NCBI GenBank assembly: GCA_964398815.1
Contig: CAYNNZ010000001.1
Coordinates: 53,071-117,070 of the forward strand
Origin: an uncultured Candidatus Saccharibacteria bacterium
Lineage (GTDB): Bacteria; Patescibacteriota; Minisyncoccia; Phycocordibacterales; Phycocordibacteraceae
DNA: 64,000 bases
Direction of reading: 5' to 3'
Below are positions 38,030 through 46,897 of the stretch, piece by piece. The position numbers and the translations under genes are program-made. The notes below the pieces were generated by a model. That model had not been told where the DNA came from, did not search any database, and worked only from the letters and a program-made list of their open reading frames with translations. Within the stretch, counting starts at the first letter, position 1. Each line of letters opens with the position of its first letter.

Positions 38030-38695
38030 CTAGATAGCCGGAACTGAGTCCGCGACTACTGCAGCCGGGGTGGCTACCGGTGCCGAAAGCGTGCGGTACG
38101 CGTGCACGAGTGCAATAAGCGAGACCGGGACCGTCACGAGCAGTCCGACCGCCAGCAGGAGGAACCCAAGAATGTTCAGGAGTCCCAACACGATAAGGAG
38201 GCCAGCGATACTAAGGCGACGTCCCTTCGTAATGCGCATGCTTTCCTTGAGCGCCTCAATAGGACTCATGTTCTTGTCGAGGACTAGGAACGTCGCGAAT
38301 ACGAGCGCGACCGCAGCGATGACTCCTGGTATGACGAGGAGGATCAGGCCGACGATCACAATGATACCGACGAGAATGGATGCTCCGATGAACGGAAGAA
38401 CTCGGTCCCCTCTCCAGAGAGATGCAAGGCGGGCGGAGCCGACATTGTCATGTGCAGTGAGCGCGAGGGACTTGAACGCGAAGTCCACGAGAATGGAAAC
38501 CGCCATTGAGAGAAGTCCGTACGCGAATGCGAGGAAGGACAGCTTCTGATCGTCCGGAAGCGAGGACTCAGGAATCTTCAAAATGATGCTAATGACAGAA
38601 ACGAGAGCGACTGCGCCGATGAAGAACCATGGGCGAGCCTTGAAGGTCCTCCAGCCGAATTTGATGCACTCCTGTATATCGATGCGAGTATCCAT
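38030..38695 (-). CDS. hypothetical polytopic membrane protein
   Basis: 221 aa with 5-6 predicted TM helices. No recognisable motif. Confidence 0.45.
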   Translation of the reverse strand: MDTRIDIQECIKFGWRTFKARPWFFIGAVALVSVISIILKIPESSLPDDQKLSFLAFAYGLLSMAVSILVDFAFKSLALTAHDNVGSARLASLWRGDRVLPFIGASILVGIIVIVGLILLVIPGVIAAVALVFATFLVLDKNMSPIEALKESMRITKGRRLSIAGLLIVLGLLNILGFLLLAVGLLVTVPVSLIALVHAYRTLSAPVATPAAVVADSVPAI

Positions 38696-38714
38696 AGGTA
38701 AGTAGATTAGGTAA

Positions 38715-39068
38715 TTAGGAAAGATGCGCTTTGCAGGTGGTCGCTGCCGGGTCTGCGGCCAAGCGATCCTCCTCTATTTCTTCACCGCCCGTACTGCACA
38801 CACCGTACGTCCCGTCCTCTATGCGCGCAAGCGCACCCAGCACCTCGTTATAGCGGATTTCGAGATCCTTCAGGATGGCGGTGTTCTCTTCGTAATTCTC
38901 TATAAGGTCTGCTTGGTCGTTCGGGTCCGACTCTTGGCCAGTCTCAGAGGGGATGGGTTCCCAATCGGCCGGGTTCGAAGGGTTCCTTCGACCTACGGTC
39001 GAGAGTTGGGTCTCCAGGTTCTGTTTCTCTGCGGTAAGTGCTTCCTTAAACTGTGCGGTATCTTTCAT
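38715..39068 (-). CDS. DksA/TraR-family C4-type zinc finger protein
   Basis: C-terminal CSTGGEEIEEDRLAADPAATTC with paired Cys spacing, and an N-terminal coiled-coil, as in DksA/TraR. Confidence 0.55.
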   Translation of the reverse strand: MKDTAQFKEALTAEKQNLETQLSTVGRRNPSNPADWEPIPSETGQESDPNDQADLIENYEENTAILKDLEIRYNEVLGALARIEDGTYGVCSTGGEEIEEDRLAADPAATTCKAHLS

Positions 39069-39088
39069 GCCGCTACTCTAGCACAGGC

Positions 39089-40465
39089 TTATTGCTGCTT
39101 TGTGGCAGCAAGGCGGCGAAGCAGTTCTCCAAATGCAGCCTCGTCTCGGGCGATGATGAGGGTTTCTTTGTCCTTATAGCCATACAGCAGGATGGTTCTG
39201 CCTTGCCCGTCCTTGAGCGCGCGCACATCATGATTGCTCGTGACCTCATCAATGAACCGCGGGGCGATTACCACCACCGGCGCGGCCGGGATAGTCGTGG
39301 TTGCCGTCACTTTTTTGCCATTCACGATACGGGTAGTCGTGGCGATGGTCGGAAGTCCTGGCTCTGGAAGCGGGTACTGCGGATAGAGCATCTCGAGCGC
39401 GCGCTCGAGTGTCCCCTCCCAAGACAGCATGCCTGCGAAGGTGCGCTCATAGGACATTACTTTCATGATGAAGAATGCGCGCGTTTCCGCACCCGCATGC
39501 ACGACGCCCACCGTACTCTCCGGAGCGATGTTGCGTAGAAGCAAATCAGGAGCAGAGAGCTGAAGCGAGCCGATGAGGCGTCCTCCTGCGAGCGGTATGG
39601 TGATGGGTTTGCCATCTGGCGTAGTAGACGCTTCAGTGAGATAGACGACGCGCACCTGTCCATCGGCAAGCGGACTGTCAGCAGAAGCGGCGAGTGCCTG
39701 AAGCAGCTGCGGCCCCTCTCCGGTAAGCGCTTGGCGATCATCTGCGAATACCAAGGAAGGGACGGAAGGAGCGAGGACGACCGTGTTGTGTCCTGCTACA
39801 TACCGATATGCGGCGTACCCGGCTCCTGCACCTCCGACTATGAGTACAAGCCCGAGGACGGTAATAAGCGCAGTGCGCAGACGAGAGGCAGAAAGCGGTG
39901 ACGACTTCACACGCAGCTTTCCTGTATCCGCTTCGGCAGCGAGCACCGAGAATGTGGATGCGCCCTTGGTGTCGATGTGGTCAGCAAAGTCGCTCTTATA
40001 GGTATGAAGCGGACTCTCTGATGCGACAGGAGCCACCGGGGCAGGCGGAGGTACGGGTGATGGCGGAGGAGGTACTGGAACAGGTGGTGGAGGCGGAAGT
40101 GGGCTCGGTGGTGGCGGCATCGGAGGAGGCGCTGGGGGCGGGACCACCACTGCTGGTGCTGCAGGTGGTGGCGGAGGCGCTGCTGGGATTGCCTCGTCAG
40201 TTGAGCCTGCGATAGGAAGCGGCGTAGGGAGAGAGTTAGGAAGCAGGTCCGCTTCCTGCACTGGGTCCTTTGCTGCACGCTCACGCAATCGGGCAAGAAC
40301 TGCTTCGCGTTCGGGGTCTGCGGGAGCTGTTGCCGTTGCAGCAGGTGCTGGCGTCGGTGCCGCTTGCGCTACCGGTTTGCCGACAGGAACCCCGGGTGTC
40401 TTCCCGAGTGCCGCAACGTCTTTTGCGTAGGTGCGAATGTACGGATTATCCGAGCCGTCGGCCAT
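39089..40465 (-). CDS. proline-rich membrane-anchored hypothetical protein
   Basis: PPPP/PxP repeats, a central TM helix (LITVLGLVLIVGGAGAGYAAY) and a C-terminal folded region. Codon usage is native (CCA/CCT for Pro). Confidence 0.45.
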   Translation of the reverse strand: MADGSDNPYIRTYAKDVAALGKTPGVPVGKPVAQAAPTPAPAATATAPADPEREAVLARLRERAAKDPVQEADLLPNSLPTPLPIAGSTDEAIPAAPPPPPAAPAVVVPPPAPPPMPPPPSPLPPPPPVPVPPPPSPVPPPAPVAPVASESPLHTYKSDFADHIDTKGASTFSVLAAEADTGKLRVKSSPLSASRLRTALITVLGLVLIVGGAGAGYAAYRYVAGHNTVVLAPSVPSLVFADDRQALTGEGPQLLQALAASADSPLADGQVRVVYLTEASTTPDGKPITIPLAGGRLIGSLQLSAPDLLLRNIAPESTVGVVHAGAETRAFFIMKVMSYERTFAGMLSWEGTLERALEMLYPQYPLPEPGLPTIATTTRIVNGKKVTATTTIPAAPVVVIAPRFIDEVTSNHDVRALKDGQGRTILLYGYKDKETLIIARDEAAFGELLRRLAATKQQ

Positions 40466-40531
40466 AGATATGAAAAGTATAACGCGCGACGCACCGCATG
40501 CATGAGCATGCGGTGCGTCGAAGTCACTTCC

Positions 40532-41047
40532 CTATCCGCGATAGCCGATGAGGAATTTTTTCGGGTCCTCGCACATGTCAGTGAATGCATGCGCAGCCTC
40601 TTTCAGCTTGGCTGAGGAAGACTTTCCGAATGAAATCACTTCCACCTGACAGCCTTCGTTCATATCGAGGTATTCGATGAGTGGGACGAAGTCGCCATCG
40701 CCAGTTGCAAGGATAACGGTATCGAGTTTCGGAGCGAGTTTCACCGCGTCGATTGCGATTCCAACGTCCCAGTCGGCCTTCTTGGCTCCGTCAGAGAATA
40801 TCTGCAGGCCTTTTACCTTGGTTTCGATGCCGATTTTAGTGAGCGCTTCGAAGAAGGCACTCTCTTCCCCGCTCTCCGTCGAGATGACGTAGGCGATGGC
40901 ACGAATGAGAATGCGGTCTCCTATGGCCTCCTCGAGGACCTTTTGGAAATTAACGCGGCTCTTATAAAGATGTTTTGCGCTGTGGTAGAGATTTTGCGTA
41001 TCTATGAAAACCCCCACGCGTTGCGCTTGATGCTTGATTACAGGCAT
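40532..41047 (-). CDS. NYN-domain (LabA-like) protein
   Basis: VGVFIDTQNLYHSAK...VILATGDGDFVPLIEYL is the NYN/LabA signature. Confidence 0.7.
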   Translation of the reverse strand: MPVIKHQAQRVGVFIDTQNLYHSAKHLYKSRVNFQKVLEEAIGDRILIRAIAYVISTESGEESAFFEALTKIGIETKVKGLQIFSDGAKKADWDVGIAIDAVKLAPKLDTVILATGDGDFVPLIEYLDMNEGCQVEVISFGKSSSAKLKEAAHAFTDMCEDPKKFLIGYRG

Positions 41048-41131
41048 AAAAATTGGACTAACGTTTATTAAATCGAGTTAGAAAGAACTCTAACTAGAAT
41101 GGTAGCACCTGCTTACTGACGAAAAAGCGAA

Positions 41132-41148
41132 AGGTCCCAGAGGGACCT
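41132..41148 (-). terminator. hairpin downstream of rpsO
   Basis: AGGTCCC-AGAG-GGACCT. On the minus strand it is followed by a T-rich run. Confidence 0.4.
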
Positions 41149-41156
41149 ACGCGAGA

Positions 41157-41423
41157 TTACTTCTTCAAACCGAGCTTCTTGATAAGTGCCGAATAGCGAC
41201 GCTTGTCATTCTTCTCAAGGTAGCGCAGGTGCGCGCGACGGTCGGCGACCATCTGCAAGAGGCCGCGGCGGCTGTGGAAGTCCTTCTGATTCTTCTTCAG
41301 GTGCTTCGTCAGCTCGTCGATTTGGCGCGACAAAACCGCCACCTGGACCTCGGGAGAACCCGTATCCTTCTCGTGACGTGCGGAATCCTTGATTACTCCG
41401 GTCTTTACCTTCTTCGTAAGCAT
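41157..41423 (-). CDS. rpsO: 30S ribosomal protein S15
   Basis: MLTKKVKTGVIKDSARHEKDTGSPEVQVAVLSRQIDELTKHLKKNQKDFHSRRGLLQMVADRRAHLRYL is the S15 signature. The ATG at 41423 is preferred over the upstream extension. Confidence 0.9.
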   Translation of the reverse strand: MLTKKVKTGVIKDSARHEKDTGSPEVQVAVLSRQIDELTKHLKKNQKDFHSRRGLLQMVADRRAHLRYLEKNDKRRYSALIKKLGLKK

Positions 41424-41525
41424 TGGCAGTACCTTACCACACCTTGCGGATTTACGCAAGTGTTGCCTGGTCTACCTAGGCTGTCCCCTGAATAATGTGC
41501 GCAGATCGTACGGTATACTTTTTCT

Positions 41526-42443
41526 ATGAATGCCCAGGAATTAAAGCGTCAATTCCTCGAATATACCGAAATTGAGAAGGGTCGGGCCGTGAAAACAGTC
41601 GAAAACTACGAGCATTACTTGGAGGTCTTCTTCTCCCAGATGAAGATAGAGGCCGTTGGCGACATAACTGAGGACAAAATCCGTGAATTCAGGCTCTGGC
41701 TGAACCGTCAGCCAGGTACCGGAACGGCGACCATGAAGCGCAGGACCCAGAATTACTACCTTATTGCCCTCCGTGCCTTCCTTAAGTACCTACGCAAACG
41801 TGGTATTGAGGGGTTGAACCCTGAGCGTATCGAGCTCGCGAAGCTGCCGGAACGCCAGATAGATATCATGACGAATCAGGAACTTGAGCGCCTACTCGCA
41901 GCACCTACCGAGGCACTTAAAACCGAAGAAGACCCGGATAAACGCAGGAAATACCTACGCGATAAGGCAATTCTAGAGCTGCTTTTCTCGACTGGTCTTC
42001 GTGTCGCCGAACTGTGCGCGCTAAATTCCGATATCGACCTATCACGTGATGATTTATCGGTGCGCGGCAAGGGTGAGAAGGTACGCGTCGTGTTCCTCTC
42101 CCCTACTGCTAAGGCTTCGGTCACTGAATATATAAAGTCGCGCAAGGATATGGAGGAAGCGCTCTTCGTCGACGGCCGTCCGACTCGTCCGCATCGCATT
42201 ACTCCACGCGATATCCAGCGACACATCAAGACCTATGCAGCGAAAGCTGGCATAACCAGCAAGGTCACTCCCCACACAATGCGCCATGCGTTTGCGACTG
42301 ACCTTCTCTCGAACGGAGCTGATTTGCGCAGCGTTCAGGCCCTTTTAGGACATGCCTCTATAAATACGACGCAAATTTACACGCACATCACGGACTCCCA
42401 CCTGCGCGAAGTGCATAAGCGTTTTCATTCACGGAAAGGATAG
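41526..42443 (+). CDS. tyrosine site-specific recombinase, XerC/XerD-like
   Basis: N-terminal SAM-like core-binding domain. Catalytic region with R...HxxR...Y (LLGHASINTTQIYTHI). No adjacent phage genes, so chromosome dimer resolution is favoured. Confidence 0.8.
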   Translation: MNAQELKRQFLEYTEIEKGRAVKTVENYEHYLEVFFSQMKIEAVGDITEDKIREFRLWLNRQPGTGTATMKRRTQNYYLIALRAFLKYLRKRGIEGLNPERIELAKLPERQIDIMTNQELERLLAAPTEALKTEEDPDKRRKYLRDKAILELLFSTGLRVAELCALNSDIDLSRDDLSVRGKGEKVRVVFLSPTAKASVTEYIKSRKDMEEALFVDGRPTRPHRITPRDIQRHIKTYAAKAGITSKVTPHTMRHAFATDLLSNGADLRSVQALLGHASINTTQIYTHITDSHLREVHKRFHSRKG

Positions 42444-42461
42444 CGAGTGTAGAATGGGCGA

Positions 42462-43256
42462 ATGCGCATCATTTCTTGGAACGTGAATGGCATCCGGGCG
42501 GTCCACAAGAAGGACCTCTTCATGCCTTTTATAAAGAAGTACAAGCCGGACATTCTCCTCTTGCAGGAAACAAAGGCTGAGCAGCATCAATCCCCGCTCG
42601 ACCTGCCTGACTACGAGGAGTTTTGGAGTTCTTCCAAGGCTCGCAAGGGATACAGCGGTACAGCCATTTTTACGAAGATGACGCCGAATGACGTGCTCTT
42701 CGGTATGCCCGAAGACATCGTAAAAAAGCACGGACTTGGAGACGATAGCTACGGCGACCCAAATGAGGAAGGCCGGATTATCGCGGCCGATATGCACGAC
42801 TTCTACGTGGTGTCGGTATATACCCCAAACGCTAAGGATGACCTATCTCGCCTCGCGCTGCGCCACAAGCACTGGGACCCCGCATTCCTTGAGTACATGA
42901 AGCGGCTACAAGAAGAAAAGCCAGTCATTTTTGGCGGCGATTTGAATGTTGCCCATAGGCCAGAGGACTTGGCGCGACCGAAGGAAAACGAAGGCATGAA
43001 GGGCTTCACGAATGAGGAGCGCGAGGGCATCGACAATATTATTTCAGCCGGCTTCGTCGATACGCTTCGCGAGTTTAAAAAGGAAGGAGGACTGTATACC
43101 TGGTGGAGTCCATGGGGCGATGCACGCGCACGCAACGTGGGGTGGCGCATTGACTACGTATTTGCATCGAAATCATTTGCCAAGCATGTGAAGACCGCAG
43201 AAATACTCCCTGAAGTAATGGGCTCAGACCACTGCCCTGTCTCCATTACGCTCTAA
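42462..43256 (+). CDS. xth: exodeoxyribonuclease III (AP endonuclease, Xth family)
   Basis: MRIISWNVNGIRA..LLQETK...GGDLNVAH...SDHCPVSI conserved EEP/AP-endonuclease motifs. Confidence 0.9.
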   Translation: MRIISWNVNGIRAVHKKDLFMPFIKKYKPDILLLQETKAEQHQSPLDLPDYEEFWSSSKARKGYSGTAIFTKMTPNDVLFGMPEDIVKKHGLGDDSYGDPNEEGRIIAADMHDFYVVSVYTPNAKDDLSRLALRHKHWDPAFLEYMKRLQEEKPVIFGGDLNVAHRPEDLARPKENEGMKGFTNEEREGIDNIISAGFVDTLREFKKEGGLYTWWSPWGDARARNVGWRIDYVFASKSFAKHVKTAEILPEVMGSDHCPVSITL

Positions 43257-43284
43257 AGGACAATGTGTGCATAACATGTCCTTG

Positions 43285-43312
43285 ACTCTGTCCTATAGAA
43301 AACTATAATGAA
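43285..43312 (+). promoter_or_regulatory. perfect sigma70 consensus promoter with no downstream ORF
   Basis: TTGACT at 43285-43290, 16-nt spacer, TATAAT at 43307-43312. The predicted start is near 43320, at the head of a roughly 350-nt non-coding stretch. Confidence 0.5.
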
Positions 43313-43319
43313 TTCTAGC

Positions 43320-43667
43320 GGGTAAGCTTCCTCGTCGAGAGACTTGAGAGAGCGCCCCGACCAGGCTGTTCTTTGAGAGTTCTTTCGATCAGGCGTGTAG
43401 TGTAGAAAGCCGGTGACTAACGTAACCGGAGCGTATCTCCCGAAAATTAAGCGAGTCCATCCGGAGGTTTCCACACGAGCGCAGTGCGAATACATAGTGC
43501 AAGAAGTGTTGATGTCGTTCCCATTCTCCCGGGGGTCACCCAAACAAAGCCCCAGCTCCTTTTTCAGACCCCCAACCGGAACGACTATCAAGTCAGAGGC
43601 CCTAGGCCAATGCATGTATCAAAAGATATATCCATTGTCCTGGGGCCTCTTTGTTTCCCGTGGAAGC
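43320..43667 (+). ncRNA. candidate structured non-coding RNA, family unknown
   Basis: 410-bp gap between convergent xth and cca with no credible ORF. Strong promoter. Long-range complementarity: GCUUCC near 43330 pairs with GGAAGC near 43660; GGGGGUC pairs with GACCCCC; AAACAAAGCCCCAG pairs with CUGGGGCCUCUUUGUUU. Strand inferred from the promoter only. Confidence 0.3.
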
Positions 43668-45137
43668 CTAGCAAACGTGATGTTTCCTCATTATTTCGTT
43701 GATTTCTCTTTCCTCTTCAACTTCCCTCTTTTTCTTGCCTGAATCCCCCAGTTTCTTCAGTTCAAGCTCGTCAAGCTTCAGTAGCTCAGCGGTGCGTTCA
43801 TCAAGATAGTTAACCGTATTCTTCTTCGGGTCCTCCAGTACTTCCTCTAGGAGCGCGTTCAACACGTGACCGATTTTAGGTCCTGGTTGCACATGAAACT
43901 CGTTCATTATGCGGGTACCGTCTGTTGCCAGCATGCCTACGGAAATAGGGTCACGCAGCGCCTCCTCCACCATCGCCTTGTATTTCCGGAATCGGAACGG
44001 CTGTTCCTTCGGCCTTCCTGTTCCGATACGGTCGCAGATACGTAGATTCAGTAAGTCCCATATGTTCTCCTCCCCCACGTTCCGAATCATGCGCCTGACA
44101 GCAGAAAGAGTTATCTGGTCAGGGTCAGAGAAAAACATGTGCCATCGGACCAATTTTGATACCTTATCGATTGTTTCACGTGAAAAACGTAAATTCTCAA
44201 GAGCCTTCCGGGTTACACGTGAACCAACCACCTCATGGCCATGGAAGGTCCAATCCTTCTTTTCGTCTGACCATCTGCGTGTTTCAGGCTTAGAAACATC
44301 GTGGAAGAGGGCAGCCAGTCGAATATCAAAATCCCAGTCCTTGTCGGCGGCATGCTGCAGTGCCCGCATAAGGTGACCAAATACGTCGTAGCTATGGGCC
44401 TGATTTTGGTCTATCCCAACGCCTCGGGTCAGGTCAGGTGCTATATATTCAAGGATTCCCAGCTGCTGTGCCAATACTAGGGCCAACATAGGCTCTTTGG
44501 ACTGCAATATGCGCACCAACTCGTCCCGAACCCTTTCACGCGAAACATGTCCCAAATTAGGCCCTTTTTCCTTAATCGCTGCAGCGGTATCAGTGTCGAG
44601 GGCGAATCCCAGCTCGGCAACTAGGCGTATGGCGCGCATAAGGCGGAGCGCATCCTCTTCAAACCGGTCCGTCGCCACACCCACTGTTTTCAACACTTTC
44701 GCCTCAATGTCCTTTTGTCCTTTATAGGGGTCTACTATATGTCCTTTAGACTCATCGAGGGCAATAGCGTTAATGGTGAAGTCTCTACGTGCAAGGTCAT
44801 CCTCGAGACTCTCGCCGAACGTGACCTCATCAGGGCGGCGTTTGTCGGTATAGCCCGACTCGGTGCGATACGGGGTCACTTCAATTATTGAAAGGGTAGG
44901 GTCCTCGCTCCCGGTTTTTACGCCTACGGTGCCGAAGTCATTCTCATAGAATGATTCTGGGAAGATTCGCTGGATGTCTTCGGGCTTGGCGTTCGTGGTC
45001 ACATCCCAATCCTTTGGGGTGCGTCCTATGAACAGATCTCGTACGCAGCCGCCCACCAAGTAGGCCTCGAATCCATTCTTCCGAAGCTCCTCCGCGACTG
45101 TCCGTACTTCAAGCGGAATAGGGAAGTGCATTGTCAA
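43668..45137 (-). CDS. cca: CCA tRNA nucleotidyltransferase with C-terminal HD domain
   Basis: Pol-beta nucleotidyltransferase motif GGCVRDLFIGRTPKDWDVTT and HD motif FHDVSKP. 489 aa. Confidence 0.85.
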   Translation of the reverse strand: MTMHFPIPLEVRTVAEELRKNGFEAYLVGGCVRDLFIGRTPKDWDVTTNAKPEDIQRIFPESFYENDFGTVGVKTGSEDPTLSIIEVTPYRTESGYTDKRRPDEVTFGESLEDDLARRDFTINAIALDESKGHIVDPYKGQKDIEAKVLKTVGVATDRFEEDALRLMRAIRLVAELGFALDTDTAAAIKEKGPNLGHVSRERVRDELVRILQSKEPMLALVLAQQLGILEYIAPDLTRGVGIDQNQAHSYDVFGHLMRALQHAADKDWDFDIRLAALFHDVSKPETRRWSDEKKDWTFHGHEVVGSRVTRKALENLRFSRETIDKVSKLVRWHMFFSDPDQITLSAVRRMIRNVGEENIWDLLNLRICDRIGTGRPKEQPFRFRKYKAMVEEALRDPISVGMLATDGTRIMNEFHVQPGPKIGHVLNALLEEVLEDPKKNTVNYLDERTAELLKLDELELKKLGDSGKKKREVEEEREINEIMRKHHVC

Positions 45138-45190
45138 AATACTAGTACGGGCCTGTATATTCTCCTAGGTCTCGCGTAGTATGGGGTAGC

Positions 45191-45262
45191 GCTCCTGTGG
45201 TGAAATGGATATCACAACTGTCTTCGGAACAGTCGTTCCAGGTTCGAGTCCTGGCGGGAGCA
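45191..45262 (+). tRNA. tRNA-Arg (anticodon UCG)
   Basis: Acceptor GCTCCTG/CGGGAGC with one U-G wobble. D-arm GTGA-AATGGATA-TCAC. Anticodon stem ACTGT/ACAGT with loop CTTCGGA. T-arm CCAGG-TTCGAGT-CCTGG. Discriminator A, no encoded CCA. It ends 1 nt before the lysA ATG. Confidence 0.75.
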
Positions 45263-45263
45263 C

Positions 45264-46433
45264 ATGACGAAGAAAGAATTATTGGGTCTTGCTTCAAAAT
45301 ATGGGACACCGCTCTACGTCTATGACGAGGCAGTAATACGGCGCCAGTGCCAGAAGTTGCGTATAGCGTTTCCAAACGCGGCCATTCATTACGCGGTCAA
45401 AGCTAACTCGAACCCCGCGCTGTTGCGCATCATCGAAAGTGAGAAGTTTCATGTGGAATGCGTCAGTCTCGGTGAGTTAGCGCTCGTTCAATCAGTCGGC
45501 TTCCCGAAAGAACGAATCTCGTTCACATGCTCTAACCTCACAGAAGGGGAGTTACTGGCAGCAAGCAAGACTGGCGCACGTATTCATTTGGATTCACTTG
45601 AGCAGGTGCGTATATGGGGCGAACGCCGACTCGGGAAAGAAATTTCCGTGCGTTTGAACCAGGGTATAGGCGCTGGGCATCATAGCCACGTCATTACGGG
45701 CGGACCCGATAGTAAATTCGGTATTAGTCTCGCGGATGTTCCGATGCTTCTGAAACTGACAAAGAAGTATGGACTCACGGTCACCGGACTCCAGCAGCAC
45801 ATAGGTTCTAACGTGCTCACCCCTGCGATGTTTCTTAAGGCTATGAAAACGCTCTTCGCGACTGCTCTCGCGTTTCCAGAACTATCCCACCTCGACTTTG
45901 GCGGTGGATTCGGCATCGCGTATAGGCCGGAGCAGTCAGCACTCGATCTACCAGCGGTGAGCAAAGGTTTTTCGAAACTGTGCGCTGATTTCGAGAAGAA
46001 GCGTGGAAAACAATTTGTGTATTCATTCGAACCTGGCCGTTACCTCGTTGCAGAGGCGGGTACGCTCCTCGTTACCGTTGTCGATAGGAAGGCTACGAGC
46101 AAGCATGCCTTTGTAGGCGTGAATTCGGGCTTTAATCAGCTGATACGGCCTGCTATGTACGGTTCATACCATCCGATACAAAACGTCAGTCGTAGCGGCA
46201 AAACAGAGCTGGTGACTGTCGCCGGTAATGTCTGCGAGTCAGGAGATGTGTTCGCTACGCATCGCGCGATAGCGACCCCTAAAATCGGCGATGTGTTGGC
46301 TATCGAGTGCGCGGGTGCGTACGGGTTCTCTATGGCCTCCTATTACAACCTTCATGCCCCTCCACGGGAGGTGCTGGTATCAGGCGGGAAGGCCCGCGAT
46401 ATCTCGTTTGACCCCAAGGAGTACGCCCGCTAG
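45264..46433 (+). CDS. lysA: diaminopimelate decarboxylase
   Basis: PLP-binding YAVKANSNPALL, GGGFGIAY and CESGD motifs of the LysA / Orn-DAP-Arg decarboxylase fold. Confidence 0.9.
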   Translation: MTKKELLGLASKYGTPLYVYDEAVIRRQCQKLRIAFPNAAIHYAVKANSNPALLRIIESEKFHVECVSLGELALVQSVGFPKERISFTCSNLTEGELLAASKTGARIHLDSLEQVRIWGERRLGKEISVRLNQGIGAGHHSHVITGGPDSKFGISLADVPMLLKLTKKYGLTVTGLQQHIGSNVLTPAMFLKAMKTLFATALAFPELSHLDFGGGFGIAYRPEQSALDLPAVSKGFSKLCADFEKKRGKQFVYSFEPGRYLVAEAGTLLVTVVDRKATSKHAFVGVNSGFNQLIRPAMYGSYHPIQNVSRSGKTELVTVAGNVCESGDVFATHRAIATPKIGDVLAIECAGAYGFSMASYYNLHAPPREVLVSGGKARDISFDPKEYAR

Positions 46434-46471
46434 CGAACCGCGCGGGCTTCATGATATGATGCCTGCCACAT

Positions 46472-46545
46472 GCGGCCATGGTTTAGTGGTAGAACGCGTC
46501 CTTGCCAAGGACGAGACAGGAGTCCGATTCTCCTTGGCCGCACCA
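46472..46545 (+). tRNA. tRNA-Gly (anticodon GCC) with encoded CCA
   Basis: Acceptor GCGGCCA/TGGCCGC. Anticodon stem CGTCC/GGACG with loop TTGCCAA. T-arm AGGAG-TCCGATT-CTCCT. 3' end ACCA. Confidence 0.85.
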
Positions 46546-46583
46546 GCGAGTCAAAAGCCCCCGAAAGGGGGCTTTTGACGTTA
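46528..46583 (+). repeat. 56-nt direct repeat, copy A (tRNA-Gly 3' 18 nt plus downstream 13-bp-stem hairpin)
   Basis: TTCTCCTTGGCCGCACCAGCGAGTCAAAAGCCCCCGAAAGGGGGCTTTTGACGTTA. Identical to copy B at 46729..46784. Contains the perfect hairpin GTCAAAAGCCCCC-GAAA-GGGGGCTTTTGAC. Confidence 0.85.
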
Positions 46584-46695
46584 CCGCTGAGTGCGGCCAA
46601 AACAGGACGCGGGACGTCCTGTGTGGAGAATCGGAGGCCGGAAGCGCGACGGCGCTGAGGCGGGGTCGACCAAAATTCCAGCAGGAATTTATGGG

Positions 46696-46735
46696 TGACC
46701 GATGCGTGCCTGCGTCTTCGCAGGACACTTCTCCT
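46696..46735 (+). repeat. 40-nt dispersed element, copy 1 (downstream of tRNA-Gly)
   Basis: TGACCGATGCGTGCCTGCGTCTTCGCAGGACACTTCTCCT. Identical to 49647..49686. Contains the hairpin CCTGCG-TCTTC-GCAGG. Confidence 0.85.
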
Positions 46736-46784
46736 TGGCCGCACCAGCGAGTCAAAAGCCCCCGAAAGGGGGCTTTTGACGTTA
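46729..46784 (+). repeat. 56-nt direct repeat, copy B (partial tRNA-Gly 3' end plus hairpin)
   Basis: Exact copy of 46528..46583, 201 bp downstream. Its left end fuses to the 40-nt element. Confidence 0.85.
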
Positions 46785-46897
46785 AGACAAACAGGGGATA
46801 AACCTGTGCATACAGGGGATAAAGGACAAAAGACAGAAGTGAAAAGTCCTTCATAATTCTTTCAATCGTAAGCAAACAGGCCGTATAGTTAAAAGGC

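Noticed and set aside
41526-42443. Prophage or integrative-element integrase interpretation of the tyrosine recombinase
   Set aside because: There are no adjacent phage or mobile genes. It sits between rpsO and xth with native composition. XerC/D-type chromosomal dimer resolution is favoured.
43253-43615. 120-aa minus-strand ORF in the xth-cca gap
   Set aside because: No start or RBS context, an odd composition, and it lies in the region better explained as a promoter-driven ncRNA.
43320-43667. Assigning the candidate ncRNA to RNase P RNA or tmRNA
   Set aside because: It has only partial resemblances (GAAAGCCGG, GAGCGCA). The universally conserved P4 AAAGUCCGG with the bulged U is absent, as are the tmRNA tag ORF and the GGUUCGAUUCC T-arm. 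The family is left open.
46472-46800. Possible CRISPR array from the repeated units near tRNA-Gly
   Set aside because: Only two copies of a 56-nt repeat and two of a 40-nt repeat, with no regular spacer pattern and no cas genes. The 56-mer includes the tRNA 3' end, so it is called a tRNA-associated repeat.}
46502-46801. 99-aa ORF with an internally repeated peptide (SPWPHQRVKSPRKGAFDV twice)
   Set aside because: The peptide repeat is produced by the 56-nt DNA direct repeat and its hairpin. There is no start context and the ORF overlaps the tRNA-Gly 3' end.
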